Of a DNA stretch of 64,000 nt, positions 15,761 through 24,131 are shown piece by piece. Under the pieces are notes generated by a model. That model did not search any database. It was not told the DNA's origin and worked only from the letters and a program-made list of their open reading frames with translations. Source of the stretch: an uncultured Caenibius sp. (lineage in GTDB: Bacteria > Pseudomonadota > Alphaproteobacteria > Sphingomonadales > Sphingomonadaceae). The stretch covers positions 21,392 to 85,391 of the forward strand of contig CAYXTO010000013.1 of the NCBI GenBank assembly GCA_964468045.1, read 5' to 3'. Position numbers and translations under genes: made by a program. Each line of letters starts with the position of its first letter. The stretch's first letter is position 1.

Positions 15761-17184
15761 TTCTCTCCGATCCGGGGCCGCTGCAGAGGCGCGGCCTTCC
15801 AGAAGTAAGTGCGGAAACCGAGCAGCTTGTTCTGCGACTTGATCCGCAGGCGCATCCGCACCCGGTCGCCCACCGCGAAGCCTGCCTCGGGCCGGTCGAC
15901 CATCTCCATCAGCACGCGCGCCCCATTGTCGAACTGCACCAGGCCGAAATCGAACGGCGGATCGGGATTGAAGTTCAGGCGATCGGCCGTGACCGACACG
16001 ATCCGCGCTTCCTCGTCGGCCAGCCGCACATCCTCTAGCGACTCCGGCCCGTCGGCGGCCGGATTGACCGGGATCGCGCTCTTGGGGAACTGCACATTGC
16101 CGTGGCTATCGCGCCCGCCGATGAAGCCGATCATGTCGCGGCCCACCCGCTCCAGCACCGTGGCCTGGGCCTTCAGCTCGAATTCGGAGCGCATCCCCCA
16201 GTCGAGATCGATCACCCCGGACAGGTTGAGGAAGCGGGTATAGTCCGCCAGCGCCTGTCCTTCCGCCAGCATCGCGGCGAGGTCCTTCGCGCCGGGCACT
16301 TCCTCCACCACCTCGAACAGCATCACGTCGATGCCGCTGCCGAAACCCGCGAGCAGCACCACATCGCCCGGCTGCGCCACCGCGAAGGCCAGCCCCAGTC
16401 CGAACAGCGGATGCGCCGCGCCGAGATCACCGGCCTCATCCGACAATTGCTGGCAATGGTTGACCGCGCCGATGCCCAGCTTGCGCGCGGCGGCAGCCCA
16501 GCAGCCGGAGACCGGCTCGGCGCAGGCAACCTGGGCAATGGCTGCCGCTTCGATGCCCGCCTTTTCGCATGCGCTGCGGATGGCGGGGATGAACAGCTCC
16601 GCCACCGAAACGTCGCGGACGAAGCGTTCCTCATAGGCGTAGGGGGTCGGGTGATCGAGCGTGGTGTAGCGGTCCACCAGATCGTGGCTCAACGCGGCAT
16701 GGCCGATCAGCCGCGCCGCGCCGCTCTCACCCGTCAGCACCGCCGCCGCGCCATCGCCATAGGCAAGCTGGGCCGCGCTGCCCGCCTGGGTCCTGCGCTT
16801 CTCCGCCGCCGCGACAAGCTGCGGGCCGCCCGCCAGCAGCGAGTCGAGCAAGGCGCTGGTCCCGGCCCGGCGCATATTCGCGGCATCCAGGGTGCGCACC
16901 TTGCGCGGCAGGGCCAGCGCATCGAGCATGATGCCGGCCTGCGAACGGTCCGTGAAATAGGCGGAGGTCGAAGCGAAACGCAGCACCTCCACATCCGCCC
17001 CGGCAAGGTCCCGGGATGCCTCCACTGCCATGGTCAGCGGATCTTCATCCCAGCCCGCGACCGCGCGCGCGCCCTTGCGCGGCATCGGCAGGCCCGACCA
17101 CGCCAGCTGCCTGGCGGCCGCCTTGCGATCCAGCCGCAACAAGGGCAGATAGCCGCCCATTCCGGAAATCCATGCCTTCTGCAT
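15757..17184 (-). CDS. HMG-CoA-synthase/KAS III-like thiolase-fold domain fused to a C-terminal DUF35-type OB-fold domain
   Basis: N-terminus carries the WDEDPLTMAVEA motif of the HMGCS family, but the expected nucleophile loop reads DAANMRRAGTSAL with no Cys. The C-terminal ~130 aa (GNVQFPKSAIPV...GLVQFDNGARVLMEMVD...VGDRVRMRLRI) matches the DUF35 OB-fold pattern without zinc-ribbon cysteines. Confidence 0.8.
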   Translation of the reverse strand: MQKAWISGMGGYLPLLRLDRKAAARQLAWSGLPMPRKGARAVAGWDEDPLTMAVEASRDLAGADVEVLRFASTSAYFTDRSQAGIMLDALALPRKVRTLDAANMRRAGTSALLDSLLAGGPQLVAAAEKRRTQAGSAAQLAYGDGAAAVLTGESGAARLIGHAALSHDLVDRYTTLDHPTPYAYEERFVRDVSVAELFIPAIRSACEKAGIEAAAIAQVACAEPVSGCWAAAARKLGIGAVNHCQQLSDEAGDLGAAHPLFGLGLAFAVAQPGDVVLLAGFGSGIDVMLFEVVEEVPGAKDLAAMLAEGQALADYTRFLNLSGVIDLDWGMRSEFELKAQATVLERVGRDMIGFIGGRDSHGNVQFPKSAIPVNPAADGPESLEDVRLADEEARIVSVTADRLNFNPDPPFDFGLVQFDNGARVLMEMVDRPEAGFAVGDRVRMRLRIKSQNKLLGFRTYFWKAAPLQRPRIGEN

Positions 17185-17239
17185 CGTCTCTCTTCGCCAA
17201 ATCGCTTCAGCCGCCCGCGCCGGAAATCGACGAAGCGGC

Positions 17240-17297
17240 TTGACAGGTGCGGGTCATTTCGTAAACAAGTTGACTATCGGTTGGCAAGAGCTAATTG
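17240..17297 (+). promoter_or_regulatory. Candidate tandem promoters plus an imperfect palindrome with an AAC-NN-GTT core
   Basis: TTGACA at 17240-17245. TTGACT at 17270-17275, then 16 nt, then TAATTG at 17292-17297. The palindrome GTAAACAAGTTGAC at 17261-17274 (10 of 14 symmetric positions) overlaps the second -35, 48 nt upstream of the SDR start. Confidence 0.3.
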
Positions 17298-17321
17298 AGC
17301 CGATGCCATCAGGAGAGGCCA

Positions 17322-18212
17322 ATGGAAATTTTTCGCGACGATGTGCTGTCCGGCAAGAATATTCTGGTGACCGGCGGCGGCGGCGGCCTTGGCAAGGAAA
17401 TCGCGCAGGCGCTATCCGCAAAGCATGCCACGGTCCATATTTCCGGGCGCCGGCTCGGAATGCTGGAAGAAACCGCCGCGCGGATCTCGGCGCAGACCGG
17501 ACACCCCGTTCACGCCCATGCCTGCGACGTGCGCGACGCCGATGCGATGGACGCGCTGATCGAGGAAATCTGGCAGGACAAGCCGCTGACCGGGCTGATC
17601 AACAACGCGGCGGCCAACTTCATCTCGCCGACCAAGGATCTCAGTGCGCGGGGCTTCCGCGCCATCACCTCCACGGTGATGGACGGCAGCTTCCACGCCA
17701 CCCTGTCTTGCGGCAAGCGCTGGATTCGCGATGGCCTGCCCGGTTCGGTCGTCTCCAATCTCGTGACCTGGGTATGGACCGGATCCGCCTTCGTGGTGCC
17801 TTCGGCCATGGCCAAGACCGCGCTGCACGCCATGACCATGTCGCTGGCGGCGGAGTGGGGCCCCTACGGCATCCGCCTGAACGCGACCGCTCCCGGCCCC
17901 TTCCCGACGCCCGAAGCCTGGGAAAAGCTGAACCCGCTGCCCGATACGCAAAGCTCCGCGACCAATTGCGACACGATCCCGATGCGGCGCTACGGCAACA
18001 TGCCGGAGCTGACCAACCTCATCACTTTCCTGATGTCGGACGGCTGCGATTTCCTGACCGGGCAGACGATTGCGGTGGACGGGGCGCAGCATCTCGCGGC
18101 CCCCAGCACATTCGCCGACCTCACCAACCTCACCGATGAGCAGTGGCAGGCCGCCCGCGCGGCGATCGAAGCTTCCACCGCCAAATCCAAAGCCGCTCAG
18201 AACCAGGGCTAA
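17322..18212 (+). CDS. SDR-family reductase (2,4-dienoyl-CoA reductase / trans-2-enoyl-CoA reductase-like)
   Basis: Start at MEIFRDDVLSGK with AGGAGAGG at 17311-17318. VTGGGGGLGKE, NNAAANF and the SAMAKTAL active-site region resemble the DECR-type SDR subgroup. Confidence 0.8.
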   Translation: MEIFRDDVLSGKNILVTGGGGGLGKEIAQALSAKHATVHISGRRLGMLEETAARISAQTGHPVHAHACDVRDADAMDALIEEIWQDKPLTGLINNAAANFISPTKDLSARGFRAITSTVMDGSFHATLSCGKRWIRDGLPGSVVSNLVTWVWTGSAFVVPSAMAKTALHAMTMSLAAEWGPYGIRLNATAPGPFPTPEAWEKLNPLPDTQSSATNCDTIPMRRYGNMPELTNLITFLMSDGCDFLTGQTIAVDGAQHLAAPSTFADLTNLTDEQWQAARAAIEASTAKSKAAQNQG

Positions 18213-18218
18213 TCTTCC

Positions 18219-19382
18219 ATGATCGAACGCACGCTTTTCACCCCCGAGCACGAAATGTGGCGCGATACCGCCCGCAAATTCGTGGAGAAGGAAATCGTTC
18301 CCTTCCACGACCAGTGGGAGAAGGACGGCATCGTCCCGCGCGACCTCTGGCTCAAGGCGGGCGAGGCGGGCCTGCTGTGCTGCACCGTGCCGGAAGAATA
18401 TGGCGGGATCGGCGCCGACTATCTCTATGATGTCGTGGTGTTCGAGGAATTGTGGCGGGCCGGCACCAGCGGACCGGGCTTCCTGATCCATACCGACCTC
18501 GTCGCGACCTATATCAAGTCCTTCGGCACCGAGGAGCAGAAGCAGCAATGGCTGCCGAAGATGGTCACCGGCGAAGCCATCGGCTCGCTGGGCATGACCG
18601 AGCCCCATGCCGGCTCCGACCTCAAGGCGATCAAGACCAAGGCAGTACGCGACGGCGACGATTACGTCATCAACGGGCAGAAGGTGTTCATTTCCAACGG
18701 CCAGATGTGCGACGTGCTGGTGCTCGCCACCAAGACCGACAGCGAGGCGGGCGCCAAGGGCGTGACCCTGTTCCTGGTCGACACCAGCCTGCCCGGCTTC
18801 AAGCGCGGCCAGAATCTCGACAAGCTGGGGATGAAAGCGCAGGATACGTCGGAACTGTTCTTCGAGGATCTGCGCGTTCCGGCCAGCGCCATGCTGGGCG
18901 GCGAGGGCGAAGGCTTCAAGCTGATGATGACCAAGCTGTCGCAGGAACGGCTGGCCCAGGCCATCCGCTCCGCCACGGTGACCGAGACGATGATCGAATG
19001 GACGGTGGATTACACCTCGGAACGCAAGGCCTTCGGACAGACCATCGCCGATTTCCAGAACACCCAGTTCGTGCTGGCCGACCTCAAGGCCCGCTCGGTG
19101 ATGGCCCGGGTCTTCACCGACAAGTGCATCGAGCTGTTCATGCAGGACAAGCTGGACGCGGTGGATGCGGCGATGCTCAAGATGGTCACCTCGGAGCTGC
19201 ACTGCGAAGCGGCGGACAAGTGCCTCCAGCTGTTCGGCGGCTGGGGCTATATGTGGGAATATCCGATCTGCCGCGCCTATGCGGATTCCCGCATCGTCAA
19301 GATCGCGGGCGGCTCGATCGAGATCATGAAGACCATCATCGCGCGTGAAATGTTCAAGGGCAGGATCGGCAGGAAACAATGA
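18219..19382 (+). CDS. Acyl-CoA dehydrogenase
   Basis: 387 aa. GMTEPHAGSDL, INGQKVFISNG, and C-terminal GGWGYMWEYPICRAYADSRIVKIAGGSIEIMKTIIARE with the catalytic Glu. Confidence 0.9.
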   Translation: MIERTLFTPEHEMWRDTARKFVEKEIVPFHDQWEKDGIVPRDLWLKAGEAGLLCCTVPEEYGGIGADYLYDVVVFEELWRAGTSGPGFLIHTDLVATYIKSFGTEEQKQQWLPKMVTGEAIGSLGMTEPHAGSDLKAIKTKAVRDGDDYVINGQKVFISNGQMCDVLVLATKTDSEAGAKGVTLFLVDTSLPGFKRGQNLDKLGMKAQDTSELFFEDLRVPASAMLGGEGEGFKLMMTKLSQERLAQAIRSATVTETMIEWTVDYTSERKAFGQTIADFQNTQFVLADLKARSVMARVFTDKCIELFMQDKLDAVDAAMLKMVTSELHCEAADKCLQLFGGWGYMWEYPICRAYADSRIVKIAGGSIEIMKTIIAREMFKGRIGRKQ

Positions 19383-19879
19383 GCGCCAAGCCATATCGTC
19401 CGATGCAAAAGGATCTCGACGCCTATCTGCGGTTCGGGTTCCTGATCCACGATGTCTCGCGGCTGCGCCGCATCGTGGTGGACCGGGCGCTCAAGCCGCT
19501 GGGCATCACGCGCTCGCAATGGTGGGTGCTCGCCTTCCTGTCGCGCCGCGACGGGATGACGCAGACCGCGCTGGCCGCCGATCTCGACCTTACCAAGGTC
19601 GCCATCGGCGGGCTCATCGACCGCATGGAGTCGGCCGGCTTCGTCGAACGCCGGTCTGACGAACGCGATGCCCGCGCAAGGCGCGTGTTCCTGACCGGCG
19701 CGGGGCAGAACCTGGTCGCCACCATCCGCCGGGCGGTGGATGCGGTCGAATCCGATATCCTCGAAGTGGTCAGCGTCGAGGAGCTCGATGCCGCGGCGCA
19801 GGCCCTCGTCAAGGTGAAGGGACGCTTGCTCGAACTCTTGGGCGGCGAAACCGATTTCGCGCAGGACCTGGAGCCCTGA
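19379..19879 (+). CDS. MarR-family transcriptional regulator
   Basis: 166 aa. Winged-helix pattern LGITRSQWWVLAFLSRRDGMTQTALAADLDLTKVAIGGLIDRMESAGFVERRSDERDARARRVFLT. ATGA overlap with the ACAD gene. Confidence 0.85.
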   Translation: MSAKPYRPMQKDLDAYLRFGFLIHDVSRLRRIVVDRALKPLGITRSQWWVLAFLSRRDGMTQTALAADLDLTKVAIGGLIDRMESAGFVERRSDERDARARRVFLTGAGQNLVATIRRAVDAVESDILEVVSVEELDAAAQALVKVKGRLLELLGGETDFAQDLEP

Positions 19880-19910
19880 TCGCACAACCCAATCGTCAAT
19901 GGAGGAATTT

Positions 19911-20669
19911 ATGAAGGGATTGGCCGGAAAGGTGGCGATCGTCACCGGTGGCGGACAAGGTATCGGCAGGGCGCTGGCGTTGCGCCTGGCCGAGGAAGGC
20001 TGCAAGGTCGCAATCTTCGATCTCAGCATCGAAGCCGGCGAGGAGACCGCGAAGCTGGCCGGTGACGCAACCGTGAAGACCTACAAGGTCGATGTGAGCG
20101 ATTTCGACGCGGTTCAGGCTGCGGTAGAGGCCGTCGAGAACGATCTCGGTCCCGTCTGGGCGCTCGTCAACAATGCCGGCTGGGACAAGGTCCAGCCCTT
20201 CCTCACCACCACGCCCGATCTCTGGGAAAAGATCATCGCGATCAATCTCAAGGGCAATCTCAACACGCACTTCGCGGTCGCCAGCCGGATGGCCAGCCGT
20301 GGCGGCGGGCGCATCATCAATATCGCCTCGGATGCGGCGCGCGTCGGCACCAGCAATGAAGCCGTCTATTCGGCCTGCAAGGGCGGCCTGATCGCCTTCA
20401 CCAAGTCGATTGCCCGCGAGCTGGCCCGCAAGGGCGTGCTCGCCAATTGCGTCTGCCCGGGGCCGACCAACACCCCGATGATGGAAGCGACGCTGGGCCA
20501 GGGTCCGGAGGCCGAGAAGTGGAAGGACGCGATGGTCCGCGGCGTTCCGGTCAAGCGCATCGGCGAACCGGAAGACTATGCCGGCATGGTCGCGCTGCTC
20601 GCGTCGGACGATGGCGCCTACATCACCGGCCAGGCAATCTCGATTTCCGGCGGCCTGACGATGGTCTGA
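19911..20669 (+). CDS. SDR-family dehydrogenase, BadH-like (2-hydroxycycloalkane-carboxyl-CoA dehydrogenase-like)
   Basis: ATG at 19911 follows GGAGGA (19901-19906). An alternative ATG lies at 19899. VTGGGQGIG, NNAGWDKVQPFLTTTPDLWEKIIAINLKG, YSACKGG. The WDK..PF..T block is what I associate with BadH-type enzymes. Confidence 0.8.
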   Translation: MKGLAGKVAIVTGGGQGIGRALALRLAEEGCKVAIFDLSIEAGEETAKLAGDATVKTYKVDVSDFDAVQAAVEAVENDLGPVWALVNNAGWDKVQPFLTTTPDLWEKIIAINLKGNLNTHFAVASRMASRGGGRIINIASDAARVGTSNEAVYSACKGGLIAFTKSIARELARKGVLANCVCPGPTNTPMMEATLGQGPEAEKWKDAMVRGVPVKRIGEPEDYAGMVALLASDDGAYITGQAISISGGLTMV

Positions 20670-20675
20670 CCGCAG

Positions 20676-21104
20676 ATGGGTTTCGTGCAATCTCCTCCCG
20701 GCGGCTTCGAATTGCTGACTCCCAATAACCCCTATTGGGAGCAATTCGGCCCGGTCTATGCGGACCGGCCCAGGAAGCTGCTGGGTTTCAGGATTGCGGA
20801 GCACCACTGCAACCCGGTCAAATCGCTACACGGTGGGGCACTGGCCACTTTCGCCGACATGCAGCTCATGGCGCTGCCTGAGTATGACGGCAAGCTGGAA
20901 ACACACGCCCCCACCATCTCACTATCGCTGGACTATATCGGTCCGGCTCATCTCGGCGAGTGGGTCGAGGCGGAAGTGGTGGTCGATCGGACCACCCGGA
21001 GGCTTCTGTTCATTCGCTCGATGATCACCGCCGAGGGCCGCACCATCGCCCGGTCGAATGCCCTCTACCGCAATCACGACAAGACAGGATACCCCCTGAC
21101 ATGA
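20676..21104 (+). CDS. PaaI/YdiI-type hot-dog thioesterase
   Basis: 142 aa. HCNPVKSLHGGALATFADM is typical of PaaI-family thioesterases. Paralog of 62705-63223. Confidence 0.8.
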   Translation: MGFVQSPPGGFELLTPNNPYWEQFGPVYADRPRKLLGFRIAEHHCNPVKSLHGGALATFADMQLMALPEYDGKLETHAPTISLSLDYIGPAHLGEWVEAEVVVDRTTRRLLFIRSMITAEGRTIARSNALYRNHDKTGYPLT

Positions 21105-21889
21105 CCCAAGCATTCGAAGACATCATCTACGAAATTCGCGGCCGTGCGGCCTGGATCATCATCAACCGGCCCAAGCTGTACAACGCCTTCCGCGCCCAAA
21201 CGCTGGAAGAAATGATTTCCGCGTTCAAGCTGGCGGCAGACGACAAGGGCGTGTCCTGCGTCGTGCTCACCGGCGCGGGCGACAAGGCATTCTGCACCGG
21301 CGGCGACCAGAGCGCCCATGAAGGCCAGTATGACGGGCGCGGCATCGTCGGCCTGCCGATCGACGAATTGCAGTCGATCATCCGCGACATCCCCAAGCCG
21401 GTCATCGCCCGCATCAATGGCTTCGCGATCGGCGGCGGCAATGTCTTCGCCACGCTGTGCGACCTCTCGATCATGGCCGACACCGCCAAGCTCGGCCAGG
21501 TCGGCCCGAAGGTCGGCTCGATCGACGCCGGCTGGGGCACCGCTCTGCTGGCCCGCCACGTGGGCGACAAGAAGGCCCGCGAGATCTGGTATCTCAACCT
21601 GCAGTATACCGCGCAGGAAGCGCTGGCGATGGGCCTGGTCAACAGGGTCGTCCCCGCCGCCGAGCTGGACGACGCGGTGAACGAATGGACCGACATCATC
21701 GGCCAGCGTTCGCCCACCGCCCTTGCTCTCGCCAAGCGCAGCTTCAACGCCGACAGCGACAATATCCGCGGTATCTCGATGCTCGCGCTGAACGCGGTGA
21801 AGCTGTTCTACGATACCGCTGAATCGAAGGAAGGGGTCAACGCCTTCAACGAAAAGCGCACTCCGGATTTCCACAAATATGTCAAGTAA
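21101..21889 (+). CDS. MenB/BadI-subfamily crotonase (candidate beta-ketoacyl-CoA ring hydrolase / Dieckmann-type enzyme)
   Basis: ATGA overlap with the thioesterase gene. FCTGGDQ, GQVGPKVGSIDAGWGT, AREIWYLNLQYTAQEALAMGLVNRVVP, and C-terminal EGVNAFNEKRTPDF match the pattern shared by naphthoate synthase MenB and 2-ketocyclohexanecarboxyl-CoA hydrolase BadI. Confidence 0.85.
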   Translation: MTQAFEDIIYEIRGRAAWIIINRPKLYNAFRAQTLEEMISAFKLAADDKGVSCVVLTGAGDKAFCTGGDQSAHEGQYDGRGIVGLPIDELQSIIRDIPKPVIARINGFAIGGGNVFATLCDLSIMADTAKLGQVGPKVGSIDAGWGTALLARHVGDKKAREIWYLNLQYTAQEALAMGLVNRVVPAAELDDAVNEWTDIIGQRSPTALALAKRSFNADSDNIRGISMLALNAVKLFYDTAESKEGVNAFNEKRTPDFHKYVK

Positions 21890-21904
21890 GCTACGGGCTG
21901 CCGC

Positions 21905-23149
21905 ATGACGATCCAGCCGCGCCGCCTTGCATCCGGTGAACTCGCCGGGGCCCTGTCCCCCGGCGGGCACACCATCCTGTCCTCCTGCTCGGCGGAGAGC
22001 GATCTGCTCGCCGCCGAAGTGGAAGGTGCAGGCAGCGCGCTGGGCGATATGCGATTCTCGGGCATCTTCGTGCCCGCCGTGAACCGGCATGTGTGGCGGG
22101 CCGGCCCGGAAAGCAGCGTCACCACCTTCTTCCAGACACCCGACCTGCGCAAGGAAGGCGCGCGCAGCACCTTCCTGCCGCTGTGCTATCAGGACGTGAG
22201 CGGCTGGTACGGGCAGAACCCGCCCTCGGCGGCGCTGTTCATGTGCTCGCCCCCCGATGCGAATGGCCGCTGCAGCTTCGGCACCGAGGTCGCCTTCGTG
22301 GCGGACAACTGGCGCAGGACCCGCACCCGCATCGCCCATATCAATCCGCTGATGCCGGCCACGCCGGGCGATGAAGGCATTCCGTTCTCCGAGCTCACCG
22401 CCTATTTCGAGGCGGAACAGCCGCTCCGCACCATGGCCGTGGGCGGAACCGATCCGATCACCCAGGCCATCGCGGTCAACGCCGCCCGGTTCGTGGAGGA
22501 TGGAGCGACCGTGCAGACCGGCCTCGGCAAGCTGCCCGACGCCGTGCTGGACCTGTTGGTCGATCGCCGGAACCTGAGGCTCAATACCGGGCTGATCTGC
22601 GACGCCGCGCTGCGCCTCGTCAATTCCGGGGCCATGGCGGATGGCCCCTCCGCCATCGTCGGCTGCGCCTTCGGCGCTGAAACTCTCTATGCCGGGCTGG
22701 ACAACCCGCATTTCCAGTTCCGCCCGGTCTCCGTCACGCACGATGTCATTCGCCTTGCGGGCGTGCCGAAGCTGATAACCATCAACTCCGTGATGAGCGT
22801 GGATCTGTTCGGCCAGGGCTTTGCCGAGGCGTCCGCGCGCGGGTTCATGTCAGGCCCCGGCGGCGCCAGCGATTTCGCGCGCGCGGCGCGCTATAGCCCG
22901 GGCGGCCTGCGGATCATCATCCTGCCATCGGCGGCGGGCGATATCAGCCGTATCGTCGCTCCGGGCGAAGGGATCGGGCCCGCGTCGCTCAGCCGGATGG
23001 ACATCGACGTCGTGGTAACGGAACATGGCGCGGCGGACCTGCGCGGCAAGAGCCATCAGGACCGGGCAAAACTGCTGATCGGCATTGCCGATCCCGCCCA
23101 TCGCGAGGCATTGGAGCGCGCCTGGGCGGAAGTAGCGGTAATCATCTGA
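21905..23149 (+). CDS. Acetyl-CoA hydrolase/transferase family protein (CoA-transferase)
   Basis: 414 aa. C-terminal GPGGASDFARAA and VVTEHGAADLRGKS blocks are typical of the 4-hydroxybutyrate/acetyl-CoA transferase family. Confidence 0.85.
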   Translation: MTIQPRRLASGELAGALSPGGHTILSSCSAESDLLAAEVEGAGSALGDMRFSGIFVPAVNRHVWRAGPESSVTTFFQTPDLRKEGARSTFLPLCYQDVSGWYGQNPPSAALFMCSPPDANGRCSFGTEVAFVADNWRRTRTRIAHINPLMPATPGDEGIPFSELTAYFEAEQPLRTMAVGGTDPITQAIAVNAARFVEDGATVQTGLGKLPDAVLDLLVDRRNLRLNTGLICDAALRLVNSGAMADGPSAIVGCAFGAETLYAGLDNPHFQFRPVSVTHDVIRLAGVPKLITINSVMSVDLFGQGFAEASARGFMSGPGGASDFARAARYSPGGLRIIILPSAAGDISRIVAPGEGIGPASLSRMDIDVVVTEHGAADLRGKSHQDRAKLLIGIADPAHREALERAWAEVAVII

Positions 23150-23161
23150 AGGGAAGAGGAA

Positions 23162-24091
23162 ATGGCGAAGGACAAGGTTATCATCAGCTGCGCGATCACG
23201 GGGTCGATCCACACCCCGTCGATGTCGCCGCATCTTCCGGTCACACCCGCCGAGATCGCGGAAAGCGCGCTCGGCGCGGCGGAAGCCGGCGCGGCCATCG
23301 TGCATCTCCATGCCCGTAACCCGGAGGATGGCCGCCCCGATCAGTCGCCCGAGGCGTTCGAGCCCTTCCTCAAGGTCATCAAGCAAAGCTCCAACGTGGT
23401 GGTGAACCTCACCACCGGCGGATCGCCCTACATGCCGGTGGAAGAGCGGGTGAAGCCCGCCGAAGTGTGGAAGCCGGAGGTCGCCAGCCTCAACATGGGT
23501 TCGATGAACTTCGGCCTGTTTCCGATGCTGAAGCGCTACAAGGATTTCAAGTATGACTGGGAAGAGCCGATGCTCCGCAATTCGGACGATCTGGTCTTCC
23601 GCAACAGCTACAAGGACATCCGCTACGCGCTCGAAACGCTGAACAAGTCCGGCGCCCGCTACGAGTTCGAATGCTACGACACCAGCCACCTCTATAATCT
23701 GCACTATTTCTGGCAGGAAGGCCTCGTCCAAGCGCCATTGTTCATCCAGACCTGTTTCGGCCTGCTCGGCGGTATCGGCTCGCATCCTGACGATGTGATG
23801 CATATGAAGCGCACGGCCGACCGCCTGTTCGGCGACAATTACCGCTGGTCGGTGCTGGCTGCGGGCGTGGGCCAGATGCGCGTCGCGGCAATGGCCGCGT
23901 CAATGGGCGGCCATGTCCGGGTCGGCCTCGAGGATTCGCTCTGGATCGGGCGCGGCAAGCTGGCCGAAACCAACGCGGCGCAGGTCAGCAAGGTTCGCCA
24001 GATCATCGAAGGGCTCGGCCTTGAGATCGCCACGCCCGACGACGCGCGCGAAATCCTTTCGCTCAAGGGCGGCGATCAGGTCGGCTTCTGA
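23162..24091 (+). CDS. Beta-keto acid cleavage enzyme (BKACE, 3-keto-5-aminohexanoate cleavage enzyme family, DUF849)
   Basis: N-terminal VIISCAITGSIHTPSMSPHLPVTPAEIA...AAIVHLHARNPEDGRP and C-terminal GGHVRVGLEDSLW are the characteristic BKACE TIM-barrel / zinc-site blocks. Confidence 0.9.
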   Translation: MAKDKVIISCAITGSIHTPSMSPHLPVTPAEIAESALGAAEAGAAIVHLHARNPEDGRPDQSPEAFEPFLKVIKQSSNVVVNLTTGGSPYMPVEERVKPAEVWKPEVASLNMGSMNFGLFPMLKRYKDFKYDWEEPMLRNSDDLVFRNSYKDIRYALETLNKSGARYEFECYDTSHLYNLHYFWQEGLVQAPLFIQTCFGLLGGIGSHPDDVMHMKRTADRLFGDNYRWSVLAAGVGQMRVAAMAASMGGHVRVGLEDSLWIGRGKLAETNAAQVSKVRQIIEGLGLEIATPDDAREILSLKGGDQVGF

Positions 24092-24131
24092 CCGCATCAC
24101 CCAGCATTCCAGACTTTCAGGGACCGATAGA

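Noticed and set aside
21101-21889. Reading the MenB-like crotonase plus PaaI thioesterase as menaquinone biosynthesis genes (menB/menI).
   Set aside because: No other men genes are nearby. The genes are embedded, with ATGA coupling, between a BadH-like SDR, a CoA-transferase and a BKACE in a catabolic operon. This cannot be fully excluded without phylogeny.
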